From Laetmonice hystrix (Eukaryota): a DNA stretch of 64,000 nt. Under the pieces are notes generated by a model. That model saw only the letters and a program-made list of their open reading frames with translations, did no database searches and was not told the DNA's origin. The stretch spans positions 32,862,001 to 32,926,000 of the forward strand of contig OZ249436.1 in NCBI GenBank assembly GCA_965235115.1, read 5' to 3'. This document shows positions 1 through 12,121 of this stretch, piece after piece. Numbering within the stretch: position 1 is the stretch's first letter; each line of letters opens with the position of its first letter. The position numbers were made by a program, and so were the translations under genes.

Positions 1-2389
1 ACTGGCCAACCAGAAATGCACGCTAATTTTTATGAATGCGCCTCAGGCAGTGCTGTAATCTGATTAGTTCTTGTATGTACTGAACGAGGTGGAAAACAGA
101 TGGCGCTGCGAAGTACGCGTTTCTGAGAATAGGCAGGCAGTGGGGGGGGGGGGGGGGGGGGTCACTGGAAGCGGTTCAACCTCGAGCGTGGGAGGATAGC
201 ATGAAGGTAGCAGCAGGTCGACCTTACCCTGCGCGACAGAACAGTCGGAAGTGGCTGATTCAGGGGTGCCCACCGGGCCCGGCCCCCCTGTTTTTCAAAA
301 TCTTACATATTTTCTATGTTTCATGCGTACGAATAATGGAATTTCGTTAAAAGATTTAGAAATTTCTACTCTATTATATATGCCCAGTTCAGAAAACACA
401 TCTACGGCGTCCATGAAAACAATTTCTGCGGGAGGGCCCCCAGACCCCCCGAAAATGGGCCACCGATTATCCACCAAAAGGCGCCCCCCCCCCCCTCCTT
501 CCTGAAATCCCGGATCCTCCACTGGTCGGCGACTGGATTTTCAGGCTGTAAGTTTTCGGACAGTTAAAAATTCAGGGCATAGACTACTGTAAGCCTATTC
601 ATTCTAAATCGCCATAACATTAGTCATTCAAACAACGACGTATAAAGAGACATTGATCGATATCTGTATGAGACGAGAGAGAAAACGACAACTCTGAGGG
701 TTTCTTTTTCATCATTAGGGTCCTGATACAAAAATATTTACACAGAAGGTGCACTGAGCTCTCAGAGGACAGTGCGATATCACAATTTGCTTGTTGCTTG
801 GCAGGAACTGTCGCTAGGGATGACGGGTAACGTAGTAAGACCTCGTCGCGTTCGTCAGGATGACGCGCGAGGAACGCCACGTCGCCGATACAGGAAGACA
901 TCCTTTTTACGTCGCTCTTCTGGTCTACTTCCATATATTCTTAAACATGTAAACTTATTTTACAGTGTATGGATGTTAAGATCGCATGGTTATAAGAGCA
1001 CCTCATAGCTGAGGGCAAAACGTACCACACTCCGAGATATGAATCTCAGAAAGACAATCAGAATTATGTGGTCGAACGAAAAGGTGATGTATAGTTCGAA
1101 GACAATGACACCGCATGCATCAATATGTAAATACACTGGTCCTTTGAATACATTTCGTGTAACAATTCTTTTTCACCTGTGCAATTTATATTTCTGGTTA
1201 CTTTTTTTGCGGTGTGTGGGGGTCTTCAGAAAAGCCTCCGTAAAATTAGGCTTCTCTGTTTTCTTTGTTTAAAGAGAATTGGAAATAAGTATTCGAAGCG
1301 CTCAATTTTAGTTCGATACATGTACATATTATCTTGTATACATGCAGGTGGTCTTCGAGAGGAGCTCGTATGTAGCCTACATATACAGGTCTATGTATTA
1401 GTATAATATGAAATTCATAATACATCTATACTTGGGTCCGGTTTCTAAAAGGTAGCATTCGTACACTATTTAAACATGGCACCTGAGGGGTAAGACTTCT
1501 TTGTATCCCTTCACAGATGGTCTCAAACATGGTTTACTGCATTAGTCACAGCCGTTCTCCTTGAAACGTTTAGGGCATGGTTACTAACAAACGACACGGG
1601 CTGTTTGATAAATAGACAGGAACGACCGAGTGTGATGATACGGAAAGCTGTATCGGACGAGGCGGCAAGCGCGGAGTAATATCAGCACGAGCCCGATAGG
1701 GCGAGTGCTGATGTAAAACTCCGCGCTTGCCGCCGAGTCCGATACAGCTTTCCGTATCAGCACACGAGTTTGTTCCTGTTTTTATTACCCCTTTCTACAA
1801 TGTAACGAATATTATGTGACTAAGAAATAACATTTTGGCAAGATCAAGAGGAAAAACCATCCTAGGTCTATGATCTATATACTTGAAGCAACAAACGTCT
1901 GGTCGTTTGTTATTTGTGACGTCGTCGTTTGTTCAAAATCGATCTATGCGCTAGGCAACAAACGTCATCATCGTTTGTTATTTGTGACGTCGTCGTTTGT
2001 TATCAGTGACGTAACATAAACTTTGTAGAGAGGAAACTGTCCACCGAGCTGCTCCGCTAGATCGACTAAATCATGTATTTCAAGACGTACGAAAGTTTGC
2101 TAAGCTTGAGAACTTTTGAATTATGCATAAAAAACGTAGAGAACCAGTTGAGTAAGAGTTCTGAGGACTGCTGAGTCAGTTTAATTCAGTATTCTTGAGA
2201 ATAAGCCACTTCACAGTCTCGAGTGCGCATGTCTGAAACACACTTCCGGTTGTCCGCCTCGGGATAAACAAACCGATCAGCTGGCCGCATGGCGTACGTT
2301 TTGACCGGTGAATCCTAGCAGCCAGTACGTCATTCCACTGCAGTTCTTCACATATGCAGGTATGGTACACTTATTATTACAAAGAATAC

Positions 2390-3435
2390 CAGTCACTGAG
2401 TCTGTGAGCGGCAGCTACTGTCAGTGACAACAGTGTGAGCGGCGATTACTGACAGTTCAGTGATGTCGGAACAGGGGGGGCCGGGGGGGCCATGGCCCCC
2501 CCACTTTCAAAAGTGGGGGGGCCATACTATGGTTTGGCCCCCCCACTTTTCAGGGATGTATTGTGGCAAAACAATATAGGCCCCCTACAGCTGAGTGTCG
2601 GATAGGCCTAATAATATTGTGTTCCCAGATGCCATGAAAACGCGTATTTGGCACTTTAATTTTCTTTTTTTTTCTGGGGGAGGACCCCCAGACCCCCCAA
2701 CCCCGGCTCAAGGCTTCGCACCTTCGGCGCTCCCATGACCAGCATTTCAAATCTTGGAACTTGATTCCTCTGAGTGGGCACCTAACGGTCCACATTCGCC
2801 GAGTGGTCACCCCCCCCCCCAAAAAAAAATGTTCTGGCTACGCCTACGGGGCCTATATAACTCGAGTATGTTAGAACAGTTTGGCCCCCCCACTTTTTTT
2901 TGGCTTCTGACATCACTGCAGTTGTTGTGAGCGGCGGTCATGACGAACCCGTCATGACTGAGTCTGAGGCGGTCACTGACACTGACACAGTCACACACTG
3001 TGACACAGTGACACTGACAGTCAGTGACACAGTGACAGTGACAGTTTCTGGCAGCACCAGAGCAGAGGGAGGGGCTAGACCTCTGCGCCAAGGTCTACCA
3101 GATCGACGACAGCTTCACCCCCGGTCCCCAGCAGCACATCCACCCCGTAGAGCCTGGCAGGGATAAGGCCCTTGACTCAAGCCTAGTCAAGCCTCAAGGG
3201 CTTGAGATCGCCGCTGAGATGAAGCAGAAAGCCAACCAGCATTATTTAATTTTAGCAGCAGGTCTTCATCTCAGCCACCACCGTCGACTTACTCAAGTTA
3301 CTGTATAAATTAAAATAATGTAATGATTTTCCATCAAACCATCAAAATGTTTGATCAAAATCATCAAAATTCCATCGATAGTTCCATCAAAATTATGCCG
3401 CTCACTGTCACAGTAACTGCCGCTCACAGTGACTG
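2390..3435. mobile_element. MITE with cagtcactg..gtgagcggcag TIRs, nested in the ISL2EU-like element
   Basis: Inverted ends at about 2390-2450 and 3397-3435. Confidence 0.55.
2458..2918. mobile_element. CAG...CTG MITE with 5-bp TSD (hAT5-like)
   Basis: TIR cagtgatgtc/gacatcactg, TSD cagtt. Confidence 0.7.
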
Positions 3436-3459
3436 CTGCTCACAATGAATGCCCCACCT

Positions 3460-3800
3460 AGGGTGTCTAGAAAAGTAAGACCTAGAAAAGTAAGACCTAA
3501 GACCTAGAAAAGTAAGACCTAGAAAAGTAAGACCTAGAAAAGTAAGACCTAGAAAAGTAAGACCTAGAAAAGTAAGACCTAGAAAAGTAAGACCCCCCCC
3601 CCCTGGTGGCACTCCTAGGGTAAGATTTTACCCTTATCCATTTCTATTTTTTAGCAAGCAGCTAGGTCTTACTTTTCTAGGTCTTACTTTTCTAGACACC
3701 CTGAGGAAAAGTAAGACCTAGAAAAGTAAGACCTAGAAGAGTAAGACCCCCCCCCCCCCCCCCCGGTGGCGATCCTAGGGTAAGATTTTACCCTTATCGC
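3460..3800. repeat. 15-bp minisatellite (gacctagaaaagtaa)n with an inverted block
   Basis: About 8 units at 3466-3593, inverted units at 3662-3700, more units at 3706-3748. Confidence 0.9.
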
Positions 3801-3811
3801 ACCTATCATGC

Positions 3812-3972
3812 CAGGCGCGGATCCAGGAATTTATGCAGGGGGGGGGGGGGGCAAAAAGTCTGGGGCCCTTCCCCGATAACATAGCAAAAACCTAAGTTGG
3901 TGCTGAGCAGGGGGGGGGACCCCGGACCCCCTGGACCCTCCCCTCCCCCCCCCCCTCCCGGATCCGCGCCTG
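3812..3972. mobile_element. CAG...CTG MITE with 5-bp TSD (hAT5-like)
   Basis: TIR caggcgcggatcc/ggatccgcgcctg, TSD catgc. Confidence 0.8.
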
Positions 3973-5810
3973 CATGCTTTGATCCTTTTTGCTTAAACTT
4001 GGTACTGGTAACTACTAACCGTTAGATCTACTAGTGTTTCTCAGGTTTGTATAAGCCAAGGGATTTGGAATCCTCCTCATTCATGTAATGTGGGCCAGTA
4101 AAAATATTTGCCAAAATGAAATGATCACTTTATTTCAAGGTTAGAGATCTAATAATAATAGATAAAATTGTCTCAGTGGAATCTCCAAAAATGTGTTTTC
4201 TCCTGCTTCTCTTTGTCTAAGGCTCTTGTTTTATTCTATCTTTCAGTCAGTTGCTGACACTTGGAAAAATCATGCGGATTTGTGCAGTTAGCGGGTGTAG
4301 CAACAGTACTTACACCCTTACACCATTCAACGATGGAAATAGATGATATGCAGCAGACATTCATGCAAATTTGGATCAGAAACTATTATACTACTACTAG
4401 ATCTACTACTACTACTACTACCCTACTACGAACATAAAAATTACAATTTCAAGATCCCATTCCTCAGTAGGGCGGTTGGGGGTGTGAATAAACTGCTAAT
4501 AAAGAGAAAGAGAAAAGGATACAAGAAATCTGGTAGTACCCCCGGTACTTAGTAAAAACAAGTTCTAATTTCTACATACATGTACATGTATAATTTGCAT
4601 GGAAGTTAACACTGTGTTACACACAAAGTGATTATAAAACTGGCAAGGAATTTATCAGTTTCTGAATTAAAAAGGAATATCACAATTTATTTAGCACATG
4701 TCGATAAAGGATTACCTTACCCAAAGACCATACTCATTGAGACTGGTAAAATCATGGGTCAACTAAAATAAATTTGCCCTCATCTGATCATATAGATCAT
4801 GCTTATTTGCTGGCCAATGGTTTTGAATGCAACATGCAAAACTAGCTCTGGTTGCTTGGTTGCATTTTTTAGCGGCATGAGCCTTTTTGTATTTTACATC
4901 TATGTAAGGCCTACATAAATGCAAATACTAAAATTTAATAAGGGTCAGTGAATTGAAGTAGCACCTTCATTCATTCAAGAATCACACTAAATAGGGAATG
5001 TTACATCATCCAACAGAAGGAACATTATTGTCATGCTAAAGCAGTGCACCCACCACCAGTTTGAGTTTTTAAAAAATGATAGAGCGCTACAACCAAAAAA
5101 TATAGCATCATCATGGTACACTAAATATTGACCCAGGCCAAAGAATCCAAACAACCTTGAAGCAAGGACCTGCTGTCAACCACACAAACATGCTGTACAA
5201 TCAGTCCATAAAATCCCCAGATGTAAATTCACAAAATTGTAATTTGTTTACCTTTTTGATACTCCCTTTCATTTTGCATACAAGTATCCCAAACCTGAAG
5301 TAATGAAAAATGGAGTAGCCCCCTATACAGAAAAATTTATTGGAATAAAAAGAACTGTATTTATCTTTATTTATAATTAATCTTTGACATTTTTTAATGT
5401 TTTTTTATGGACTTACCCAGCAACACATGAGCAAATATTAACTGTGCCTGTCTTATTCTCAACAGCCACCCAAATTTGGTGGGAGGGGTTGAATATCTGG
5501 GCAGGAGGGGTGGATGAGGACTTCATCAGGCATACTGGAGATTTTTCAGAAATAGGGCACGTGGTAACATATCTGCTGAAGCCAAGCAGAGTCAAAATAG
5601 GAATATGCCTTGCCAACCCATCCAGAAAGATCAAAGGGATCAGGAATGGTACAACTGTCAATTTTCAGCAATGTCTGGTATTCCTCAAATTTCTTTCTGG
5701 TACTTTCCTGAGCTGATGGCAGCACAGGTTTCTGAGCACAGTGAGCAGCATAGGCTAAGAGCAAAGTAAGGCACATAGCTAGTTCATCTTTCTTGCCTTT
5801 GACACTCAAC

Positions 5811-5910
5811 CAATCTAATTAAAATTAGGTCTTAGTTATTTCGCATGCGCTCCAGCACTGAAACAGCCGAGAGAGAAGCGGAATACCAAGATCTAATTTT
5901 AATTAGATTG
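5811..5910. mobile_element. 100-bp MITE with 9-bp TSD (MULE-like)
   Basis: TIR caatctaattaaaattag, TSD acactcaac; interrupts the ISL2EU-like ORF remnant; related copy at 38349-38472. Confidence 0.8.
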
Positions 5911-7065
5911 ACACTCAACCGGCCTTGCTCTAAGGTACGGTAGTCCTTCTGAGGAACAGCGTTTAAAATCGTTATCGTTATTTTAAAAATTATTAGAGCT
6001 GGCAGAGCCAGAGTGCTCCAACGTGTCTAACGTAGTCTAACGTGTTATAGTAGATCTAGGCCTAGAGATAGATCTAGTGTCTAGCCTCTACTCTAGATCC
6101 TAATCCCCTCAAATTTGTGCCTGTGCCAGGTTGTGGCTGTGGCGGCACTCTAATTAACCGTTAACCGGCGTTAGCTAGCTGACTCCCTAATTCTAAAGTT
6201 TGGCATAGCCTAGGTCTAGGCGCCGAAACCGGGGGGGGGGGGCAAAGGGGGCCGTTGCCCCCCCCCAACTCAAAAGCTGATTGGGGGGGGGGGCAAGCAT
6301 ATAGTCCCCCCCCCCCCCCCCAGCTAAAGTTGGTCAAAGGTGGCAGGAGATGGTCAGACCGTCAGAGGGCCTAGTCCTTCCGGCGCTAACGTTATGTGTA
6401 TGTGAGGCTATGTTTGGCCGGCGTATGCGTAGCCAACTCCTGGATGTTTTCTAATAAAATACTCAGTCAACCATAAAACAACGTTTGAAATCTTCATTAT
6501 TTAGCCTATATGGGCAGTCGTCCCGCAAACTTTGATATTTTTATCCAGATATACCTTGCTAGAGACAGTTAGAATGTTCTGAATATATGAGCGATATTAG
6601 AGCGTTTTAGTGAGGCCAGCCGGTTTGTTTATCCCGATGCAATCCCATGATGCTTCGCGCGCGCTGAGACCGTGAAGTGGCTTATTATCGAGGTGCTGTC
6701 CCAGTTTTCGGCGAAGACGGTCTGAATTAGGCCACGCCCCCTCAATGAAATACTCACCACTGATTGGTCATAAAACTCGGTCAAGGTGTATCTGGGTCAG
6801 TGAAGGCGACTGATACAGGATTTCGAATATCCGTATCACACGCCTCCCTAACCAATCAATGAGCTTCGTTTAGAACTGTGCACAGTAGCTTCAGCCAATC
6901 AGATTACTCCGTTCACCCCAAAGGGGTAATAAAAAAAAAGATTATCTCCAGTCAAGAAGACTACATATCTCAAGGTGTTATGTGACAGTTTCAGTACGTT
7001 TAAGCTACAGATCTCAAGGTGTTATGTGACAGTTTCAGTACGTTTAAGCTACAGATCTCACGATG

Positions 7066-7430
7066 TTATGTGACAGTTTCAGTACGTTTAAGCGGGGATT
7101 TTCTCGTATAAACAACGTTGTTGTCTGCTGTTGCGGAATACACGTCTGTGTAGAGCTACTGCTGTGGCTCCATGTCTCGAATGTTCCTTTGGTGATCAAG
7201 GTTGGCAGAAAGAACTCCGGAATCCAGTAGACAATCGGTCTCTGACGAGGCATGCGACTCCATGTCCTCCTTGTTGTCCACCACGATGGTCGGTACAGGT
7301 ATGTAGTCTTTATGGTTGGCATTCATTTTACTGTCCTCCTCCTCCTCTTCCATTCTTCCCTCATTCATTAAAGGGTTAGGCCTACTTTTCCGCTGCCGTT
7401 TATTTTGATGGAATACAGACGATTTAAACA
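7066..7430 (-). pseudogene. Truncated, frameshifted copy of the guanylate cyclase terminal exon
   Basis: Encodes LMNEGRMEEEEE...DYIPVPTIVVDNKEDMESHASSETDCLLDSGVLSANLDHQRNIRD, as in 56047-56430. Carries indels and lacks the 5' half of the exon and its acceptor. Confidence 0.85.
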
Positions 7431-8113
7431 CTCACATTTCCCTTTAAAAGAATGTATGGGTCTAGTTTAAAAGGAAATGATAGCCACCTCGGCCACTTTA
7501 TCACTCAAATTTGGTTGTTTCCAAAAAAAATCAATCAATCAAGGTAAGCGAGCATGCTAAGCTGGGCGGAGCTGGGGATCGATCTACTGCCTGAAGATAA
7601 ACAATACCAATAGGAATGTCAACATCTAAAAATGTATCTATAGAGAGCTGAAAAGATGAAAATATACTTGTCAGAGGTATCAAGCGGAGATCTGCTTTTC
7701 AACAAGCCAGACAAGCCTTTGTCGCCGTGTCGGCCGTCGCCATTTTGACCACTTGTGTCACGTGATAAAAGAAGATCCAACATGGCGACGACCGTGCGAG
7801 GGCCGAGAGGATCTGGCCCGAACAGTCCTGAGGTTGGCCGATTGTCTATTCTGGTTGTCATCGCACGCACCAGCAGTCGAGTCCAAGGAGGAAGCACACA
7901 TTTTAAAATCTTTATACACGAGGTAGATCTACTCTCCAATGCCGTTTAAATTCTCTCGAATTCGCCGTCTTTTGCTTTTTGGGCTTACATTCTAAGAAAC
8001 ACCTAAGATTACAGGCCTTCGTTTGTTTGCCTCTTGCCTGTGGTCTATTCCTAATTAAGTCACAGTGCCTGAAAAACTAACTGCTCCCTTCGTGACCGTG
8101 GACCGTAGCCTAA

Positions 8114-8315
8114 AGCCCGGGATACACGGGGCAACTCGTCGCATGCAACCGCGTTGCCTCAGGGGGAGGCGACGCGTCGCCCCAAAATCCAACATGTTGG
8201 ATTTTGGGGCGACGCGTCGCCCCTCCCTCAGGCGACGCGACGCAGGCAGATACACGGGGCGACTGGTTGCATGCAACGCGTCGCATGCGACGAATTGCCT
8301 CGTGTATCCCGGGCT
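8114..8315. mobile_element. Palindromic PIF/Harbinger MITE
   Basis: TIR agcccgggatacacg, TSD TAA. Confidence 0.85.
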
Positions 8316-8986
8316 TAAGTCTCGTGACCAGGGGCCGGTTTTTAAATCAAATGGGTTCGGTAAGACTAAGACTAGACTTACCCAAGTCTAAGCCTGAATT
8401 CCAGTTTTTAAATCAGCATGCTTGCCTGGCTTAGGTAAGTCTAAGCCTGGTGGCGACAAAACACGGATCCCACCATGATGGAAACGCCACATTAGAATGT
8501 AGAATGATCTTTGAAAGCTATTATTTTGCCCCAGTGATGGCAACATGTGAAAAAGTCCGTAGAATTCGTTAATGCCAACCTCTAACTGTCAGGCGATGCT
8601 GTCTTTGACTCTGCTAATCTAGATTTACGTAACAAAAAGGAGTACGTCAAAATTGCTGGGTCATCGGTCATAGGTGGGTCAGAGGTCATGTCTTAGGTCA
8701 AAGGTTGCACTTCCGCCCAAGCCAACCATAACAACGACGATGACGCAGCGAAACGAGTCCGTAGTCAAGTTGCATATTTCAACTAATACGAATCTATTCT
8801 GTGTAAAAGTTGATCTCATCAGATTTTTTTATAAAATAACTCGATGAATAGTGATGGGAAGAAACAATTTTGTCTAAATCTTCGGAAAAAGACATTTGAA
8901 GCATGCTAAGCCAGCTCGGCACTTGTCTTACAAAGCTGAGTCTAGGCTTAAAGCCTCTGTCAGCTGATTTAAAAACAGAAACGTAA

Positions 8987-10048
8987 AGCTAGGCATCCAT
9001 AAATCCGTATATGCGTATGCGTAATGCGTAAGCGTAATGCATAATTAAAAGGTCACAATGGATTTCAATTGACATGCATCCATAGATACGTAGTGCGTAT
9101 GCGTGAAGCGTAAGGTTTTACGCACTACGCAAGCGATTGCCTCCTGACCCTTTTTTTTACGCATACGCAGGGTGAATTCCATATATATGACGTAAGAAAC
9201 GTGGTGTTTTCCCGGAATGAATGACAGATTGTGGGCCCTGGGAGGAGTCCGAATAGGGCCTATTTAGGCCTAGGCCTACTTCACATCGCAGGGGCGTAGG
9301 AAAAGGGGGACAGGGGGCCATGGCCCCCACTTTGAAATGAGGGGGCCAGAGTATCTTCTGCCCCCCCCCCCCCACTTTTTCCCTCCCCTTGACTTTTGCC
9401 ATTTGAAGTCTATGGAAGTCTATGCAGAAGGAGGGTATTTTCTCACATTTTAGACCTTATTTTGTGCTCTAAGATGCACCAAATTACACTATAAATTTCA
9501 AAACTTTTCGGGGGGCATGCCCCCGGACTCCCCTAGCATGGCTTCGCGCCTTCGGCGCTCGCCCAGTTCCCCCGCCAAACTGTAATCCCTCTCGAAAAAT
9601 TCTGCGCATGGCCCTGTTGGCCCCCCACTTTTAAAGTGCTTCCTACGCCTCTGCATCGTAGAGCCGCGGCCAAGAGTTATTAGGCCTAGTAGGCCCTATA
9701 GGCTACTAATATTAGCCCTGCCGCCCCCCCCCCCCCCGTCAGATCTATGGGCCGCATGCTAGGGGTATAGGCCTATAGTCAGCCTCGCACCCCTCTCAAC
9801 AAAGATTTCATTTTCGTCCTTTTAACAGATCCATATAGGCCTATAGCCTACTAGGCCTACCTTTGTTTTCCTGGAAACTGAAATTTTGATAATTTTGTAT
9901 AGAAAAATTATATATACGCATACGTACCACTATTTTTTTTACGCATCTATGGATGCTAGAAATACGCACTACGGACACACCTGCGTGGATTTCAACTTTA
10001 CGCATACGCATTACGCATACGCATATACGGACCTATGGATGCCTAGCT
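8987..10048 (+). mobile_element. Harbinger-type MITE copy A (contains a 5-bp-TSD MITE at 9289-9653)
   Basis: TIR agctaggcatccata, TSD TAA; inner element has TSD catcg. Confidence 0.85.
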
Positions 10049-10085
10049 TAAGACTAGGCTCAGTCTTACGCTGGCTTAGGCCTAA

Positions 10086-11077
10086 AGCTAGGCATCCATA
10101 GGTCCGTATATGCGTATGCGTAATGCGTATGCGTAAAGTTGGAATCCACGCAGGTGTGTCCGTAGTGCGTATTTCTAGCATCCATAGATGCGTAAAAAAA
10201 TAGTGGTACGTACGCGTATATATAATTTTTCTATACAAAATTATCAAAATTTCAGTTTCTAGGAAAAAAAAGGTAGGCCTAGTATAGGCCTATATGGATC
10301 TGTTGAAAGTACGAAAATGAAAACTTTGTTGAGAGGGGTGCAAGGCTGACTAGGCCTACCCCTATAGCATGCGGCCCATAGATCTGACGGGGGGGGGGGG
10401 CGGCAGGGCTAATATTAGTAGCCTATAGGCCTACTAGGCCTAATAACTCTTGGCCGCGGCTCTACGATGCAGAGGCGTAGGAAGCACTTTAAAAGTGGGG
10501 GGCCAACAGGGCCATGCGCAGAATTTTTCGAGTGGGGATTACAGTTTGGCGGGGGGACTGGGCGAGCGCCGAAGGCGCGAAGCCATGCTAGGGGAATCCG
10601 GGGGCATGGCCCCCCAAAAAATTGAAATTTATAGTGTAATTTGGTGCATCACAGAGCACAAAATAAGGTCTGAAATGTGAGAAAATACCCTCCCTCTGCA
10701 TAGACTTCCATATAGACTTCCAATGGCAAAAGTCAAGGGGAGGGAAAAAGTGGGGGGGGGGGGGGCAAAAGATACTCTGCCCCCCCCTCATTTCAAAGTG
10801 GGGGGGGGGGGCATGGCTCCTCCCAGGGCCCACAATCTGTCATTCATTTCGGGAAAACACCACTTTTTTTACGTCATATATATGGAATTCCCCCTGCGTA
10901 TGCGTAAAAAAAAGGGTCGGGAGGCAATCGCTTGCGTAGTGCGTAAAACCTTACGCTTCACGCATACGGACTACGTATCTATGGATGCATGTCAATTGAA
11001 ATCCATTGTGACCTTTTAATTACGCATTACGCTTACGCATTACGCATACGCATATACGGATCTATGGATGCCTAGCT
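10086..11077 (-). mobile_element. Harbinger-type MITE copy B, inverted relative to copy A
   Basis: Reverse complement of 8987-10048 with a small internal deletion; has its own TAA TSD. Confidence 0.85.
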
Positions 11078-11951
11078 TAAGACTGTGATTTAAAAACTGG
11101 CCCCAGCTCGCGATAGCACCAAACGTGCGCCATGCGATTGTGACGTCAAAATTTTTTCCATAGGATTAGCATTGACAGGGCCGACAGGCTTACAAAAACC
11201 AGCCCGTATATTCACAATCTAACTTTCTAAACTATAAAACAAACTTTATCCCAGAGTAAACATGCCAGCCATCATGTATTGTAACGTTTAAATATTAACA
11301 GCGACTTCACTGCAGAATGAAAATATTTTAAAGTTGACTGTCACTGTTCCCTATGGCCATCGCAATGTTAAACCAGCGAGGCTATCTGACTGGTTCCCTG
11401 CTCAACTCCTATCGGAGATAGAGACCGGTACACAGCAGCGCGTTAGCCCATTTCATTGGCCGAAGAGCGACTCGCTCTCATTGGCGCACACCGATGCTAA
11501 ATTGTTTTTTCTACGTCTACTGATTGTGACGCGATAATATCACCATGGTTCCTAAGTCTACTGATTGTGACGTGACAATATCACCATGGTCGTACGGCCT
11601 GTTGCTAAGTGATCTGTCGTTCCGGTTGTCTTTTTTTTTTTGACGTCAGAATATAAATTCGGGCCTAAATCTGCCCGTTTTTGCTGGTGTGTACCTGTCT
11701 GTATCTCCGACCGCGGGAGGAAAACAGCAGGGGACCAGTCAGCGAGGCTATCTGCTCCTTGTCCCGACAACGCGAAATCTCTTGAATTCTCGTGACATAC
11801 TTAGGCGCCCTATTGGCCGCCATGAAAGGATTCAACACGACTGCAAATTAATTTTGTGATGAAAATTGTGAATCTCACTTCAAGACGGACCTGAGATTTA
11901 TATATTTGGCCCAATAACTGCCAGTGATGGCCATCGACACTTTGAATGCAG

Positions 11952-12121
11952 CAGTGGGGGATCCAGGGGTTGCGGCCCCCCTTAGATTCACCTTTTTTAT
12001 GACGATACATTAGTACAGTGAAAAAAATTAGGTGGGCCCCCCCTTATCAAAATCCTGGTGGGCCCGCACTTATCAAACTCCTGGTGGGCCCACCCTTATC
12101 AAACTCCTGGATCCCCCACTG
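11952..12121. mobile_element. Short CAG...CTG MITE
   Basis: cagtgggggatccagg / cctggatcccccactg; TSD not evident. Confidence 0.6.

Larger units (their letters stand above)
2203..6683. mobile_element. Decayed ISL2EU-like (PIF/Harbinger-related) DNA transposon
   Basis: TIRs aagccacttcac.gtctc / gagac.gtgaagtggctt flanked by AT, plus inner IR cgggataaacaaaccg. THAP-like start MRICAVSGCSN (+, 4272). Convergent remnant (-, about 5950-5413): LSVKGKKDEL..IPDPF..GW..SHQIWV..G...CSCVAG, SWIM-finger-like. Confidence 0.65.
1613..6930 (-). mobile_element. Non-autonomous element with asymmetric ends (terminal hairpin + subterminal IR; Helentron/HINE-like or Crypton-like), carrying nested insertions
   Basis: Absent from the duplicate locus (gataaaaaaagattat at about 55911). 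Hairpin of about 165 bp at 1616-1779. ttttattaccccttt (1780-1794) is the inverse of aaaggggtaataaaa (6920-6934). Inserted in an A/T run. Confidence 0.8.
1..7430 (+). repeat. Direct segmental duplicate of 54306-56440 (interrupted by the 1613-6930 insertion)
   Basis: 1-1612 matches 54306-55917 almost base for base; 6931-7429 matches about 55915-56438 with indels. Confidence 0.95.
8332..11103. mobile_element. PIF/Harbinger non-autonomous element containing two nested MITEs
   Basis: TIR gggcc.gtttttaaatc, TSD CAG. Confidence 0.75.

Noticed and set aside
64..1406. Short ORFs conserved between positions 64-1406 and 54328-55710
   Set aside because: Conservation reflects the DNA duplication. Homopolymer indels shift the frames between copies and there are no recognisable domains.
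3424..3612. (LTFLG)n ORF
   Set aside because: Translation of a 15-bp minisatellite.
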